A stretch of DNA of 64,000 bases from Podarcis gaigeae (taxonomy: Eukaryota), in the NCBI GenBank assembly GCA_964106915.2, contig OZ066915.1. One strand, 5' to 3'. This document shows, piece by piece, positions 35,201-48,412 of the stretch; position 1 is the first letter of the stretch, and every line of letters begins with the position of its first letter. The position numbers were made by a program, and so were the translations under genes. Below the pieces are notes generated by a model that saw only the letters and a program-made list of their open reading frames with translations, was not told the DNA's origin and searched no databases.

Positions 35201-38200
35201 CAATGGGAATTTCAAGACCTGGGCAAGTTTTCTGGATCAAGTTCAAGAAATCATTGAGCATATGTTTTTAACTTTGAGCCCATGGCTACATTCCATTTTT
35301 GGTATATTAGCCAGAAAGTTTATAGCAGCAAACTTCATAGTTATTGAGACATTTCTTAAATCTCAGGGCTGGTCAATCTTGCTAAGTACTTACAAAAGCC
35401 ACACATATTTGTGTGCATATCGGTTTATAGCATTTTCTGAGGTTTTTTAAAGCATCAGCAGAGCTGTTTTTAGTGCACCTGAGGAGAGGAGCCCAATTTA
35501 TTTATGTTGATGTCACTTAGCAGAGAAGCTAGCATCATTCATGTAACTGTAAGCATTATAATTTTGGGAGTAAAGGGTACACCTGCAGGTTTATAAAAAG
35601 CTGAATTTGTGTTTTTTAAAAACAACTATATGAAGCCACTGGAAACACTCAGCAGGAGGGTTAGGGTGAATGATACCCACCTCTATTTTTCCTTGTCATC
35701 CGAACCAGGGGAGGCCATGCAGGTGCACAATCAGTGCTCAGAGACAATAATGAGAGCTCCCAACCACCTCCTGAGCCAGTTTTGGGAGGTGCAAGGGACA
35801 TGCAGCGGAAAGAGGGGGAGGGGAATTGTACAATCATAAGCCTCTGGGTGGGGTTTCCTCTGATGGGGTTCATTAGGTGACTCCCACCCTCTGTAACAGT
35901 TTTTGGGGGCACAGTGAGCTGAAAAGGAATCATAGTGTGAGAGCACTATGAGTGAAGTACCACTCATGGGGAGTTTGGGTTCAGCCCACTGAATATATAT
36001 TGATTTTGAGTGTCTGAAAGGGGTTATTATGCAACTGCACAGTTCAGATTATTGTTTCAGTAACTGGTTTTCCCAAAGTTGTGTGTGTTCCTTATTAAGT
36101 GTTGTAAAACAGTTCTGCCTAATTTCCCTTTCAGTATGGATTACTCTACTAAAGGGATTCTGTTAACACAAAGTCTCGCGTGCTCTTAATTCCAAAGTCT
36201 TCTCTGAGGAACAATAAAATGACAACAATAAAAGGCACTCGATGATGTGTGTTCCTTATGAGCTGTTTTATGGGATTGGTCGTCAGCAGTGCATTAATAA
36301 AGGCCGCTGATGCTTTGTGGGAAGCACTGAAATGTGATCTACTTTGTAACAGCTTGTGCTTATGACTTCTTGAGACTTTTATGCTTTGTTCTAGCACTAA
36401 AAAGGCATATTTGCAAAACTGGAATACTGATTCCTAAAAAATTCTTTGTGCTTCTCCTATTGATTCACTATCTGAAGTCATAACTCCCTATTGCCTATAA
36501 GGCAACAGAGAAACATTTCCCCCACTACTGCTTTTAAATGAGCTGCAAACAGACTCACATTTCTGCACATGGAGCAAATTATTGTGTGATACCTAGCCTC
36601 CTATACACATTAAAGCATCAATCAGTGCAGCTTGTTAAATGATGGTGGTAGTATAATTAGGACTTCAAACTCAGCTGAACTCCAAATGCTGAAAAAATAT
36701 GCCAAGTGCATTATTCATGTTGGTTTGACATATGAATAACCTCCTGAAAGCTGTTTGTTAGACTGAAGGGAGCGGGTGGCGATCTTGCATTTTCTTAAAT
36801 TATGCTTGGGGAACTAGCTTATTGCACATTCCAGCTTCCCAGTTGAGACTAGTCTTTACAGAGTATAACTTTTCTCAGGATTTTTGTAGATGAGATAAAT
36901 TCAGATATTGTCATAAATTAGACCAGTTCAGTGGTGATGACCATGAAGACCAGAGACCATGGTGGTATATGCAGATTCTTGAGAAACACCTATGTGCTTT
37001 TTACATTTTTTTTGTGGGGAGGTGGAAACACTGTGCTCGGTGCACAAAGTTTCCAATCATGAGTATGCAAGAGAGATTGGCAAGCCAAGACAACATGCCA
37101 GCACCCTCAGATTCACTTATGAAGCTACCGTTCACCAAGTCATGAGCTTCTCCTTCACTTAGTCTGCGGTTGGGCAGGCTCACCACTACTTCTACTTGGA
37201 CAATTGCTTCTACCAGGGCAAGTAAACTGAAGACTGGAGAGCAGCATTTTGAGAGGACTTCTATGAAGAGTAAATAAGTTGAAATCTTCCTTTCAGCGAG
37301 TCAAGAAAAGGATAGCTTAAAAAATAAATAAATGTTGAGGCATCTAGGTGCCAGAATTTATTAATTTTAGAGGAAAATGTTGTCCCCCAAAGCAGCTAAC
37401 ATTTCACTTGCAAGCAATTAAAACAATTGGTTTAAGCAATATAAACAGTATTGAAAAGTAGGCAGTTAAAATAGTACACCGAGGGTGGTCATGGATAATT
37501 ACTCTGCAGCCTCCAGCCAGGTTAAATGCATGCTGCAAAAAAATAATAATTCCTTCAGCAAACACTGGAATGGGCATCAGGATGAAGGCCGAACAAATCT
37601 CCCATTGCAGGGAGTTTCATAACCTGGATACTTCAGTGGAGAAAGGCCCTTACAAACATTGTTCACTTCACATGGAGGTGAGCAAAAAGAAGAAGGGGGG
37701 GAGCCCTCCCTGATGAGTCTCAATGAGGGGACAGGATCATATGAAAGAACACTATCCTCAGGCCTCACAGATTGAATTGCATGCTGGATTAGTTAGGTGT
37801 GTTCAATTAAAAGAGCATTATGGCACTCTGTTGCCCTACCACAACAAATCCACTTTTAAAAAGAAACAGGTTTTTGTTTTCTGGTTAAGAAAGTAAGATG
37901 AAAATGCATTGAAAAGTGTGGAATGAACAAATGATTAGCAGGAAGATAAATTAACACCCTGCAAGGAAATCAGTGTGAAGTGCCCTTGTCATATAACTGT
38001 CCTGTAAACAAATCAGAATGAATGCACAGTAAATGCATGGTATAACCTAACCTCTGCATAGGGTTGTGGGGGAGAATGAATCATTTCACATTTAAAGGAG
38101 AACTTACCTATGTAGCCATCCTTCAAAATTCACATTTACCCAAATTTTGCTGTACAGGTCTCCAATCAAGTAATGCATACAAATATGCATGTATTCAGTA

Positions 38201-38354
38201 CAAGCATCTATAAAAACACTGTCAGGTCTGCCTCTAGATCCCAGCTCACAGAGGACCAACGCCCGGTGGATATAATGTACAAAAGTCTTTATTGAAGTTT
38301 AGTTTCCATTTCAAAGCTCTGGGCGCACAGACCCACGTCTTGACGCTAGACCGG

Positions 38355-39115
38355 CTAAGTCCCCTCTGACTCACTGCTCCACCCCAGTGGCGTAGTGTGG
38401 AGGGTGCAGGGGGGGCGGCCGCACCGGGCGCAACATCTGGGGGGTAGGTTTAGGGGGCACAAATCCACGGGTTAGGGGGCGCAAATCCATGGGTTAGGGG
38501 GTGCAAATTACTTGCCTTGCCCCGGGTGCTGACAACCCATGCTACGCCACTGCTCCACCCACACCAGTTTAAGATTCTAGCCCGGCTCCACCTCCTACGC
38601 TGTTCTTTCCTTCGCTGGGTCCTTCTGCCCTCTGGGGTTTCCTCCTTCCTGGACTCCTCTGATGCTGAGCCCCCTGAGTCTTGTCCCTCCCTCCGGCGGG
38701 CTTTAGGACCTGGCTCCCTTCCCGGGCTCCCCGCTGTGCCGCGCTCCTGTACATTTGAACTTGGCGCGCGCGCCCAGCCGGTGACTTTCCTTCTGACCGT
38801 TTCCCCGCTTCCTGATGTGGGCGTTGCCAAACCTGACTCCTCTCCTCCCGCTGGTGGTGAGGACACTGGTCCCGACTCCTGGGACTCCCCCTCCCCACTG
38901 CGCTCTGGTGGAGAAGCTGGTCCTGATTTCCAACTGCTGCTCAGGGACTCCCCGCTGGCCCCTTCCTCCTGGGGCTTCCCCCCTGGAACCCCCCTCGCTC
39001 TGGCCACCGGCGCTCCCTTCTGTGAGTCCTCCGATTCGCTAGAGAGGCTTGTGGAATAACTCTGGCCACTGTCACTGCCTGCGCCCCCCTCGTACTCCTC
39101 CTCCTCACTCTCCAT
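38355..39115 (-). CDS. LTR-internal ORF, 194 aa after MITE removal; low-complexity, acidic N-terminus and Arg-rich C-terminus; function unknown
   Basis: ATG at 39115 (MESEEEEYEGGAGSDSG...RRTQRRKEQRRRWSRARILNWCGWS|SESEGT*). 761 bp minus 176 bp (MITE plus one TSD) = 585 bp = 195 codons with no internal stop. Confidence 0.4.
38385..38552. mobile_element. hAT MITE (CAGTGGCGTAG TIR), 168 bp, nested in LTR B
   Basis: 11-bp perfect TIR; exact TSD CTCCACCC at 38377-38384 and 38553-38560; three internal TTAGGGGG(C/T)(G/A)CAAAT units at 22-bp spacing. Confidence 0.93.
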
Positions 39116-42100
39116 TTGCTTCCCCTCCTGTGTCTCTCCTTCTGAACCCCTGACAAACACACATATCAGTGAATATAACATTTAGAAATGCATTATTTTA
39201 GGGGGAATTGTTTTGTAAAACTGTGTATATTAGACAAAATCGCATGCAAAAATGTGTATATTAAGAGAAATTTGCATTAAAATGCTGGTGAATTTTCATG
39301 AGGACCTTTTTCAAAAATGCAAACTGATGTGGAAATGTTGAGAACTGAACTTAAGCCTCGATAAAATGAAAAACAGAGAAACTGAAATTGACAGGTTCAT
39401 CTGTATTAGCATTGTGCCAGCAAATCAGGTGGCATGCTCAACAGATGGGTCGACTGGAAGAGCCCAAGGTCAGGGCAAATGCGAGAGATTTCTAATCTGC
39501 AAAACGCTTCACAAACTTGTCACAGTGGGCTGTTAAGGGATCCTCCATCTCACTCCAAAGGTCAAAAGACAAGTAAGCAAAAATAAAGCACTGACCAAAT
39601 TCCAATGACTTCAGCTATCATGTTGATTCTTGCTGAAATATAACTGTCACTGAATTTTAAGTAGTCACAAACGAGTACAAAATGGGTAAATATTTCAGGA
39701 TATGTGAATAAAATGAGTTGTGTGGGATGTCACCTCCCTCTGTAATGAGCCAGAAAAAAAGTGAAGAGGTTGAGGCTAAAGAGTGTTAAAGTTTAAGGCC
39801 AACTAAAACAGTACGAGGCGTCCATTAGAAAAAGATAGTTTGTTGCAGCAGAACCCTCTTAATTGACAGCACTCTGTCAGAAACAAGATATGTAATACCC
39901 ATTAAATGAGCTTCCTCGGTTGTTTTCTATGTATATATTTGTAGTGGGAGTTCATGGTACTCGTGTGGGAGCAATGAGTGGCCAGTATGCTAACTTTACA
40001 AAATGTCCCATAATGGTGCATTCGAGCAACTGTTAGCCAAAAGAAAATATCCATGATTATAAGGGAAAGTGAAAGAGCAACACGGTGGGAAACTGATGTG
40101 CAAGAACTCTAACTCCCACCTGAGCTATAGACTGCTTGGCAGAAGTCAATCTGAAGCTGCTTTATGGTCTCCACTGAGCAGGTCATTAAAGCTCAGGCAA
40201 GCGGAACAATTTATCTGCATTTGAGCAACACTGCAAGCCAACGCCCCACAGCCATTTTCTGCCCATAGTTTCCCATTATGCAGACAGGCCATGTTGTCAG
40301 TACACTATTTAGATGGATCTCATTTGACATGCTGCAAAGCAGCTGAGAGCAGGAGAAAGGGATGCATTTAAAATGCTGAGATATTATCATGCTGCACTCC
40401 TACCACTCATGTAACAAAGTTGTGGCATGTACTGTCTTGTCCTCTTGAGCACACTGGGTGGCATTTGCTTATGTTTTACTCAGAGTAGACCCTTTATTGT
40501 CAATGAACATATGAGCCCTTTAACACCTGGAACAGGGCTTCTACCATTATCAGTGAAGCCCATGCTTAAAATAAAGAGTGCTCTTAGCACAGTAGTACCA
40601 TGGGAGCAAATTTACAGTCACCTCCATGACTCTTGATGGGCAGCATATTGATTCCCATGTGTATTGCATACAGGCAGAGAAAAATCAATTTATCATTGGT
40701 ACATCATTGAATAATCACAGCAGGCATTAAGAATAACACGAATATATCAGCTTGGCACATTAGCCTAACAGCACGATCCCCTGGAACTGATTTCAGGAGA
40801 ATTTGGCAGGGATATAATTATTTTGATTACCCTTAATGTTCTTGAGCATTCAAGAAATGTTCAAGTTGAAAGTTGAGGATAAAGCACCGAAAGAAGACTG
40901 TGTTGGTTGCAAGAACTGAATATTAGGAGAAGGCACATGAAGTATTTTCTGTAGTATTCCCCCCCCCCCCGCCCAAATGCACACGTTGGGACTCATTTGA
41001 ACGATTTGATTTGCACTTCTGATTTTCACTGAAAAAAATATGTCAGACAATTAAGGTCCATTGGGGTGGGTCCCAAGTTGTCATTCCACACATGGAAGAC
41101 ACGGATAGGCTGTGCTTGATACCTCTTACTAGGACATTGCACAAGCAAACAGAAATGAAATCCAAGCAGGTCAATTGAACAATCTCTTACCCATTACAAA
41201 GCATGAGAACTGCTACAAATTCCTCCTATATAGCAATGCTTGAACAGTGTTTGTGTAACAGCATGGGGGGGGGACAGCCCTAGAAGCTGCCATTTGCCTT
41301 CTGCCCATAGTTCTTTGGCACCAGCTCAATGGTGAGCAAGCTTAGATATGATGTTGCTTCCTTGGTGTAATTTATTGTGGAAGAAAGCAGATGTGCATGT
41401 CTGTTTGCTGTTGTTGTTGTTGTTTGTTTTGCAAACTGCCCCTTGAATTGGAAAACCTCACCTCCTCCATTTGAGCCAATGCTTTATCTTCCTGACAAAC
41501 CCCATGCAGGGGACACCCACACCCACTGGGGTAATCAGAACAATGCTCTCCAAATAGACACCTTCCAAAGGGCAGGCAGCTATGTCCACATTCCTCCAAT
41601 TTACCACAGGAACTGTGTAGCTCAGGAGGTTTCTGGCAAGCAGCAGCATGATACAAAATTAATGCACTGAATATGCAGCGATCTCGAGAGTTGAGGGAGA
41701 TCATACCCTCCTCCCACTTTAAATGTTCAGGATGGGATCATTTCTGTCTTTTCTCCAATGAGGTGCATGTCAAATGGGTCATCACAGTAGTATGCCAAAA
41801 TAATCAGAGTCAATCTATATAATACCTTTTGCTTGCCTGGACGGTGGGTGGAGAGGCATGCTGGTAGAAATCTCTCAGACTTTTGAATAGCTAGACTCTA
41901 TGCTACTGTACGAAGGGAAGTGTCCGGGGGTGTTATGTGCCATTTCGCCACTTTAGGTCAAATAGGAATGTGCTGCCCCCCCTCACTGCCACACACACCC
42001 CGCCACCCCACTGCCCGTGCTAAGCCTCTCTTACCTGCATTGTGGCAGCAGCCATGAAATACTGACAGTAGTGCCAGCTTCCAGCAAGATCTTGCACACT

Positions 42101-44949
42101 CCATGAGATCTTGTGGGGTCTCACCAGAAACACTGCCACTTCCCAGCTGGTGGGCTTGCACCACTCAATGTGGGCAGCTCACCTCACCTCATTTGTGGGC
42201 TGGGCTTGTAAGTCTTACATCCATTGCTCCACCCACTTTTGCCTCTGACCCTATCTTTCACTGACCTGTGCCCCCCTCCCAAAGGTTCCTCATAAGCTAA
42301 TGTGATGCTCAGACAGAAAAAGGTTCTCCCCTCCTAAATTACGGTTTTGTAGAAAATAAAGCATCCAGATGCCAATTCTTGGGGTTTCATATTTTGTATT
42401 ATCTAGCCATATGACTTTATCACTACTTTAGTATATAACTGAGGTGATCTTTTAATCTTCCACTAGCAGTTTTGTAGATCAACCCTCCTTTTTTGTGGCA
42501 ATGGAAATAGCCATTATAAGATGGCTTTTAGAAAGGGCTGGACATTTGCCATGGAGGATATGAACCAGCAATAGTAGCCAAACAGAACCTCTATTTGCAG
42601 AAAGGGAGAAGACAACAGGGAATGCTTTTGACCTTCAAACTCTGCTTGGCACGTCTTGAATTATCATTATTACTCATCCTTCATCATAAGTTCCTGAGGT
42701 GGATTACAACAATTTAAAACACAAAGCAGAACTACGTTGATCCTCTAGTTGGATCAAATGGATCTTCTGACCCTTTAGGTGAATCTGATGGATCCTCTGA
42801 TCCAGGTATGCCATGCATATTTTCTTATTTTCCCGATTTTATCTTATTGAATCATCAATGCTGTGCAGAAAAGTTAGACGCATTAATTCTATTGAGCACA
42901 ATGTAAATGAGAGAAATTAACTTGAAGAGACGTGGAGAGAAATTGGGTGTTTTTCTAAAAGCTGCAAGAAGTTGGATCTATTGAAACACCTAATGATTCA
43001 CACTGTAGTCGCTTTGATTTGAAAAGCTCAAAGTGAAAGAGATTTTAAATACGGTTCTTTTAGAGAAGCAATTACTTGTGATTTAATCAGCTATGCTTTT
43101 TTACTGGGGGGAGAGGGGAGAAGCAGCAGCAGCAGAAGAAGAAGCTATTTTATGTAAGAGAGCAAAAATGACTCATAAAATGAACCTTCACCATAGAAAG
43201 AGAGGTGGGGGAAAGAGAGGGCTTGCATTACCATCAAAGTGGTGAGCATGATTCAAAGAAATTTGCAATCAGAGTTGACAGTGAAGATGTGCAAGCCAGA
43301 GAGAGCCACTCGAGTTCATTCGGCAGCCGACAGCCATCGGAGTCTTGCACTTCATTATGCTCTATTTCTAAGGAAGATCGCTCTGCGGGAGGTGGGGATA
43401 TGGTGACTTGTGGAGCAAGCAGACACCGGCCCTGATCTCAGTCTCTTTAGAGCTAATTATTTGGCCTTCTGTTCTGTGAAATTTGCACAACGGGATTCTG
43501 ATTGCTGCAATATCAAAACAGCTCTTTCAGCTCAGGGATGTTAGTTGTGGGCAGGCAGTGCCCTGAAAGGCTTTGGTGACTCTTCTGGAGTCCATCCACA
43601 CTGAACTTCAGATTACAAAACCTGAACTGCCACCATGCCATATCAGTAGACATGCCTTGCTTTTGTACAATGGCTGTGTAAGGCACCTGGGGATTCCAGC
43701 CAGGGGTTTGGTCAACTGGGCTCTGATGCCTCACATCCAAGAGGACTAAGGCAGCTCTCAAGCTGTTCCTGAGAAGCAAAGAGACTGGGAAGGAAAGAGA
43801 AGCATGAATTCAGAAAAGTCCTCAAGTCTATTGCAGTCAAAGCTCATTTCAGGAATACAATTTCCCTTCTTCAGGGGCAATCTCAGTACAAATCTTGCCC
43901 AGGCTGCAGTGCCACCCTTATAATGGCCAAAGAAGGAAATGCAGGGGGAATCTGACAGTGCTAAATGGGGTATGTGCATGGAGGGGGGGGGGGAATGAGG
44001 TTCTTTTGTGCAAGACTTCCCTCTCTCCCACACACACCCTACACCTGTTAAGGGGGCATGGGGGGGCAGAGTACTGTGCACAGCAATTGAGTTGAATCAA
44101 TTTACATCTCATCAAACTGATCATGCCAAGTCACTGTAGGAGGCAGTGGGGATGTGGTTGGCTCTGACTCTTAACACAGACTCTCTGCCTTGTCTTGCAT
44201 CTCCCCACCAGTCTGACCAGCTGCCTGCCCATCAACACATCTCTTGCCTCTAATCCTTGTTTGCCTTTTCTAGAAACTGACTCCTGTCCTGTCCTAAACC
44301 ATATCACCTACCTTTAGGTGGTCCTTTAGACCTTGGTCAGCCTGTGACTGCATCAGAACCACACACCCAGAGTTTGGCCAATATCTGACCAACCTTTGGA
44401 TCCCACCAACAAATCTGTGTTCCAGGCCGGAAACCTTTTGTTGCCATTAAATCAGACCCCACAAATCTACTCCATATTCCACTCCGAGAGTAATTTGGGA
44501 GCTTTCCAAGATGTAGTTAAACATGCAGAAACCAGAGGTGTCTCATACGGCGAGCAATTTCAAAGCGTAGCAATAATTGGTGAGCACAGATCCTTCTGAG
44601 ATATTTCAGTGAGATGATGTATGTACAGCAGGGTTCTGAATTTCAGTCAGGATCATGGATAACAGTTCAGGGGGGTCCCATGTCACAGTGCTGGAGCACA
44701 TCCATTCCTTACATAAGGTTCCCAGCTCATTTCCTAGCATCTCCAGTTAAAGGATCTCAGGTATCAGGTCTAGGAAAGGCATCCACTTGAGACACAGCAG
44801 GGCCACCGCTAGCCAGACCAGACAATAGACCAATCAGCAGTTTGAGCCAATAGAAAGTGATTTCACTTTCAAAGGGATTGGAGAAAGATCCTTCAATAAT
44901 TTTTTTAAATGAATAATTATAGCTACATCATATATACACACGTATACGT

Positions 44950-45021
44950 GATCTCTATCATCTATCATCTATCTATCTCTATCTATCATCTATCTACCAT
45001 CTATCTGTATCTATCTATCTG
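44950..45021. repeat. (TATC)n-type microsatellite, imperfect
   Basis: TCTATCATCTATC... array. Confidence 0.85.
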
Positions 45022-45022
45022 C

Positions 45023-45096
45023 CTGGCTGACTGTGCTTGTGCATTTTCTGACTCACTTTCTGGCTGACTGTGCTTGTGAACTTTCTGACTCACTTT
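45023..45096. repeat. 37-bp tandem duplication
   Basis: CTGGCTGACTGTGCTTGTG..TTTCTGACTCACTTT x2 with 2 mismatches. Confidence 0.9.
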
Positions 45097-47051
45097 CTCT
45101 GGGAACAATTCTGATTGATTTCTCAGTATCCTAAACACACATGCACATGGCCTTCAAAGGTCCCATCCTCAGATCTTTTCACTGACCAGCATACAACACA
45201 TATACGTCAGTAGCTGCAGCCTCAATGTTTAGTAGGTGGCTGACTCGGTGATTGCATTGTGTATTGCCAATTGCCTATTTAATTAAAAGAAGGAAGAGAA
45301 TATATGGTTCCATCAGGACTCATTTCAAGGTGACTTGGAAATAGATGGCACAAAACATAAGAAGCAGGCTGTGTCACCTGTATCCACAAATCCCTGATGC
45401 ACAGGCTTCCATTTCTTTCTTTGTTTAGAAGGTTATACCCCATTTTTCAAAGGATTCTTATGACAGCTCACATCAGGTTGTAATATTGCAACACTCCACA
45501 CAGTGTTCTTTTGGGGGGAGGGAGGTGCCGGTACGTACAATGAAGTTGCTACAGTGAGTGCCACACTTTTAACATTTGAGAAAAAAGGATGTTGGTACCT
45601 CGTAAACTTGAGTACCCCAGAAAAAAGTACTGCTGCTCCACCATGCCAATTCACACAACTCAGTGGCACTTGGTCCTTTGCCTGATGGAGAGTTCCAGAG
45701 AAACAAACAGTGGGGAGTTATTTCAGGAGGGAAGCAAACACCTCGAAACTGATTGTTTTCTGGCTCGTAGATGGAGCCCAACAGGTCTTCCCCTTGCCAC
45801 AAACTTCATCTGGGTATGAGCTGGGGCTGCCACCTGTCCTGTATAATACAGGATTGTCCAGTATTTCAATGTAAAATACTATTTTTATTGAGACATCCTT
45901 TATTGAGACATCATCATCATCATTGTTTTATTTGTATGCCGCCTTTCCATAGTTGAAACTATGCTCAAGGCGGCTGACAACATGACAAGATTTACATAAT
46001 TACAAACATAACAGAAGTCATAAACAATAAATAAAACACATCAAAAAGTACACAACCCAGTGGAAACAATTTCCACATAAATCATAAGATCTAAAACTAA
46101 AGATAAAACAATAATAAACAGACAGTTTTGTCCTGTAGTTCAGATCTTCTTTCTCTCAGCCTCTTTCCTTTCTCTCAGCCTCTCTCCCTCCCTACCAAGT
46201 TAGGGATCATTTCCAAATCCACGTGTTTGAAAGCGTGTGTGAAAGGTCATGTATTTAAGCTCTGGGTAGCCAAGCACCGACAGATTTATTCATGTGTGTA
46301 CGCACATGTTTGTGGGACAAATTCCAGAGGGGCCTTCCTGTTAGGCTGCAATGGATTGCAATGGATTGCTCTGAAGTAACTGCAGCACCAGATGCAGTTT
46401 GTTTTGTGATTCCCCCAGTAGCAAAATTGGATTTGGTGGCAGCGGAGGTGGCTGTGGAAGGCTCCATGCAACCCATGGGCAGTCCCAATGTATCCTAAAC
46501 ACAGAAGAAGGAGCACATTCTGCAGTCTAGGTGACACCACACAAAAGACCCTGGTGGAATCTACACACATGTTAAAAAAATTGTGAAAATGCATTTTTTA
46601 AAAAATTGTTTTGAAAAATGCATTGAATTTGCTATAGCTCACAGTCGCCACCTAGTGTTGCAATTGTACATTGCACTTTACAACACATTCAAAACGTTTT
46701 ATTTGCAGCTGTATAGCTGAGTCCAAAGTCATACCTGTCAGAGTCATATCGCTAGCATCATTGGGAGACTTCCAAGGTTTGTAGGATGGGGCCCACACTG
46801 ACAGAAGGGTCCCCTAAGAGCCTGGAGCTGGCACAGGCAAGGTCCCTCACTGGTGTGTGAGTAAAAGGGTTGTTTCCTTTCATTCATCTTTAGAGAATCA
46901 CTGTCTTTTGAACCAGTTATTTTTCTCCTCCCTCTTTCTTCTATATATCTATCATTACGGCAAGCCATTGAAGTGCCCACTACAGTGTTGTCATTTCAAA
47001 GCCCTCTGGCCATTGTGGTTGCATTACTGTATATGGTACCACGGAGATACT

Positions 47052-48412
47052 CAGTGCTGGATTTATGTATAAGCTAAACAAGCTGTAGCTTAGGACCCCA
47101 CTCTCTTGGGCGCCCCAAAAAAAATTAAAGGAAAAAAAACCCCTGGATGTATATTTCCAAAATATAAGATAAAAAACAAATAATATAAAACCTACATACA
47201 ATTAGAGCTTAATAATTATTTCACTATTAATATACTTCTTAATTGTAAATTTTTTTTATTAATTTTCAATTATAGACATTCCAGTTAATAATAAATCAAA
47301 TCAAATCTTGCCACATTAAAACACAAATAATAAAACCAATTATACAATCTGAATTAAATAATTTCAGGGGACTTCCCATGTTCTGGATGTCAGGAGAAAG
47401 TCTCTTGATTTTTTTTAACTCTCTTGATTTTTTCCAGTTTCATAAGTCCAATCTTAACCCATTGTTTTATGCAGTCCTGGTGTGTGATTCTCTCTCGTGT
47501 CCAAATAAATCCATATTTCTATTCTCACACATAAGGCAGATTCTTCTGTATTGTTATTCTTCAATTTATTTTGTTTTATTTTATTTTATTTGTGTAATCC
47601 TCTCCGTGGCCCCATCTTTCATTTTCTACTTTATCTTCCAGTCTCTGGGCTCTGTTCCAGCTTTTTGCAATGTACGCCATCTCTCTTTCTTTTGATAAGA
47701 TTTATGGCGCAGAAATCTTTCAGTAATTTGGTCTTTTGATGAGTTTTTTTAATGAATTAGTATTCCAAATATAAATACACTTCCATAGAAAAGCAATGCC
47801 ATGGGGTATATTTCACTAATTGTTTGGTGAATGTTTAGCTTAGCTCATCTAAGATCCACACCCGCTTCCCTGGGCTGCTCACCTCCCGATGAAACACCAT
47901 GATGAAAGTCCTTTTCAAATCAAAGCTCTGAAATCCAGTGACTGATTTAATTAGCAGGCCTTATTTACCTCCTTCTTTCCAGAACACGCCTGTTTCTTAG
48001 TCCTAATTTTAATGATTGTTAGGAAACAGAGATCTCCCGCTCATGGCGATGACTCTGGAGAGTTGCCAGTTCGTTCAGTGCTCGCACCCAGCATCCCTAC
48101 CTCCACTTTCTGTAGCGAACGGCAGTTATCGCATGAACTGCAGGTGACGGCCAGTCCCCCTCTACCCTGGGAAGGGGGGTTGCCAGATATAATTACCCCC
48201 ATATCATCCCTGAAAACCTGCAAGTTTGTCTTTCAGTTCAACAATTACTTTGATAAAATACATATTTTGTTATGTGCAAATGGTTTTAGATACCTATAAA
48301 GTCTATAAATTAGCATATAGTCAACACACAAAAAACAACAATTTGTTGTTGACAAAGGACAGCTGGACATATAAAGGTCCCCATTACCTTCAGTAGCTTA
48401 AATCCGGCCCTG
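47052..48412. mobile_element. Non-autonomous hAT element carrying a roughly 1-kb internal insert
   Basis: TIR CAGTGCTGGATTTA vs CAGGGCCGGATTTA (12/14); exact TSD GAGATACT at 47044-47051 and 48413-48420. Confidence 0.88.
47250..48230 (-). mobile_element. Probable retroposed (L1-like, internally deleted) insert inside the hAT element
   Basis: T-rich end TTTTTTTATTAATTTT resembling the L1 tails at 7301 and 12054; purine-rich minus-strand body; CpG-rich far end (48035-48200). Boundaries approximate. Confidence 0.4.

Larger units (their letters stand above)
38220..39155 (-). mobile_element. Solo LTR B (young, GC/CpG-rich; the 5-bp TSD suggests Gypsy, BEL or ERV-L class)
   Basis: Perfect 7-bp terminal inverted repeat TGTCAGG/CCTGACA; exact TSD AACAC at 38215-38219 and 39156-39160; AATAAA on the minus strand at 38288-38293. 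Confidence 0.9.
38060..39400 (+). repeat. Old AT-rich repeat (same family as 1215-1500) hosting the LTR insertion
   Basis: Sequence joined across the AACAC TSD is collinear with 1215-1500. Confidence 0.6.

Noticed and set aside
38517-39059. 180-aa plus-strand ORF
   Set aside because: Antisense shadow of GC-rich LTR sequence; it starts inside the MITE and runs opposite to the LTR's polyA orientation.
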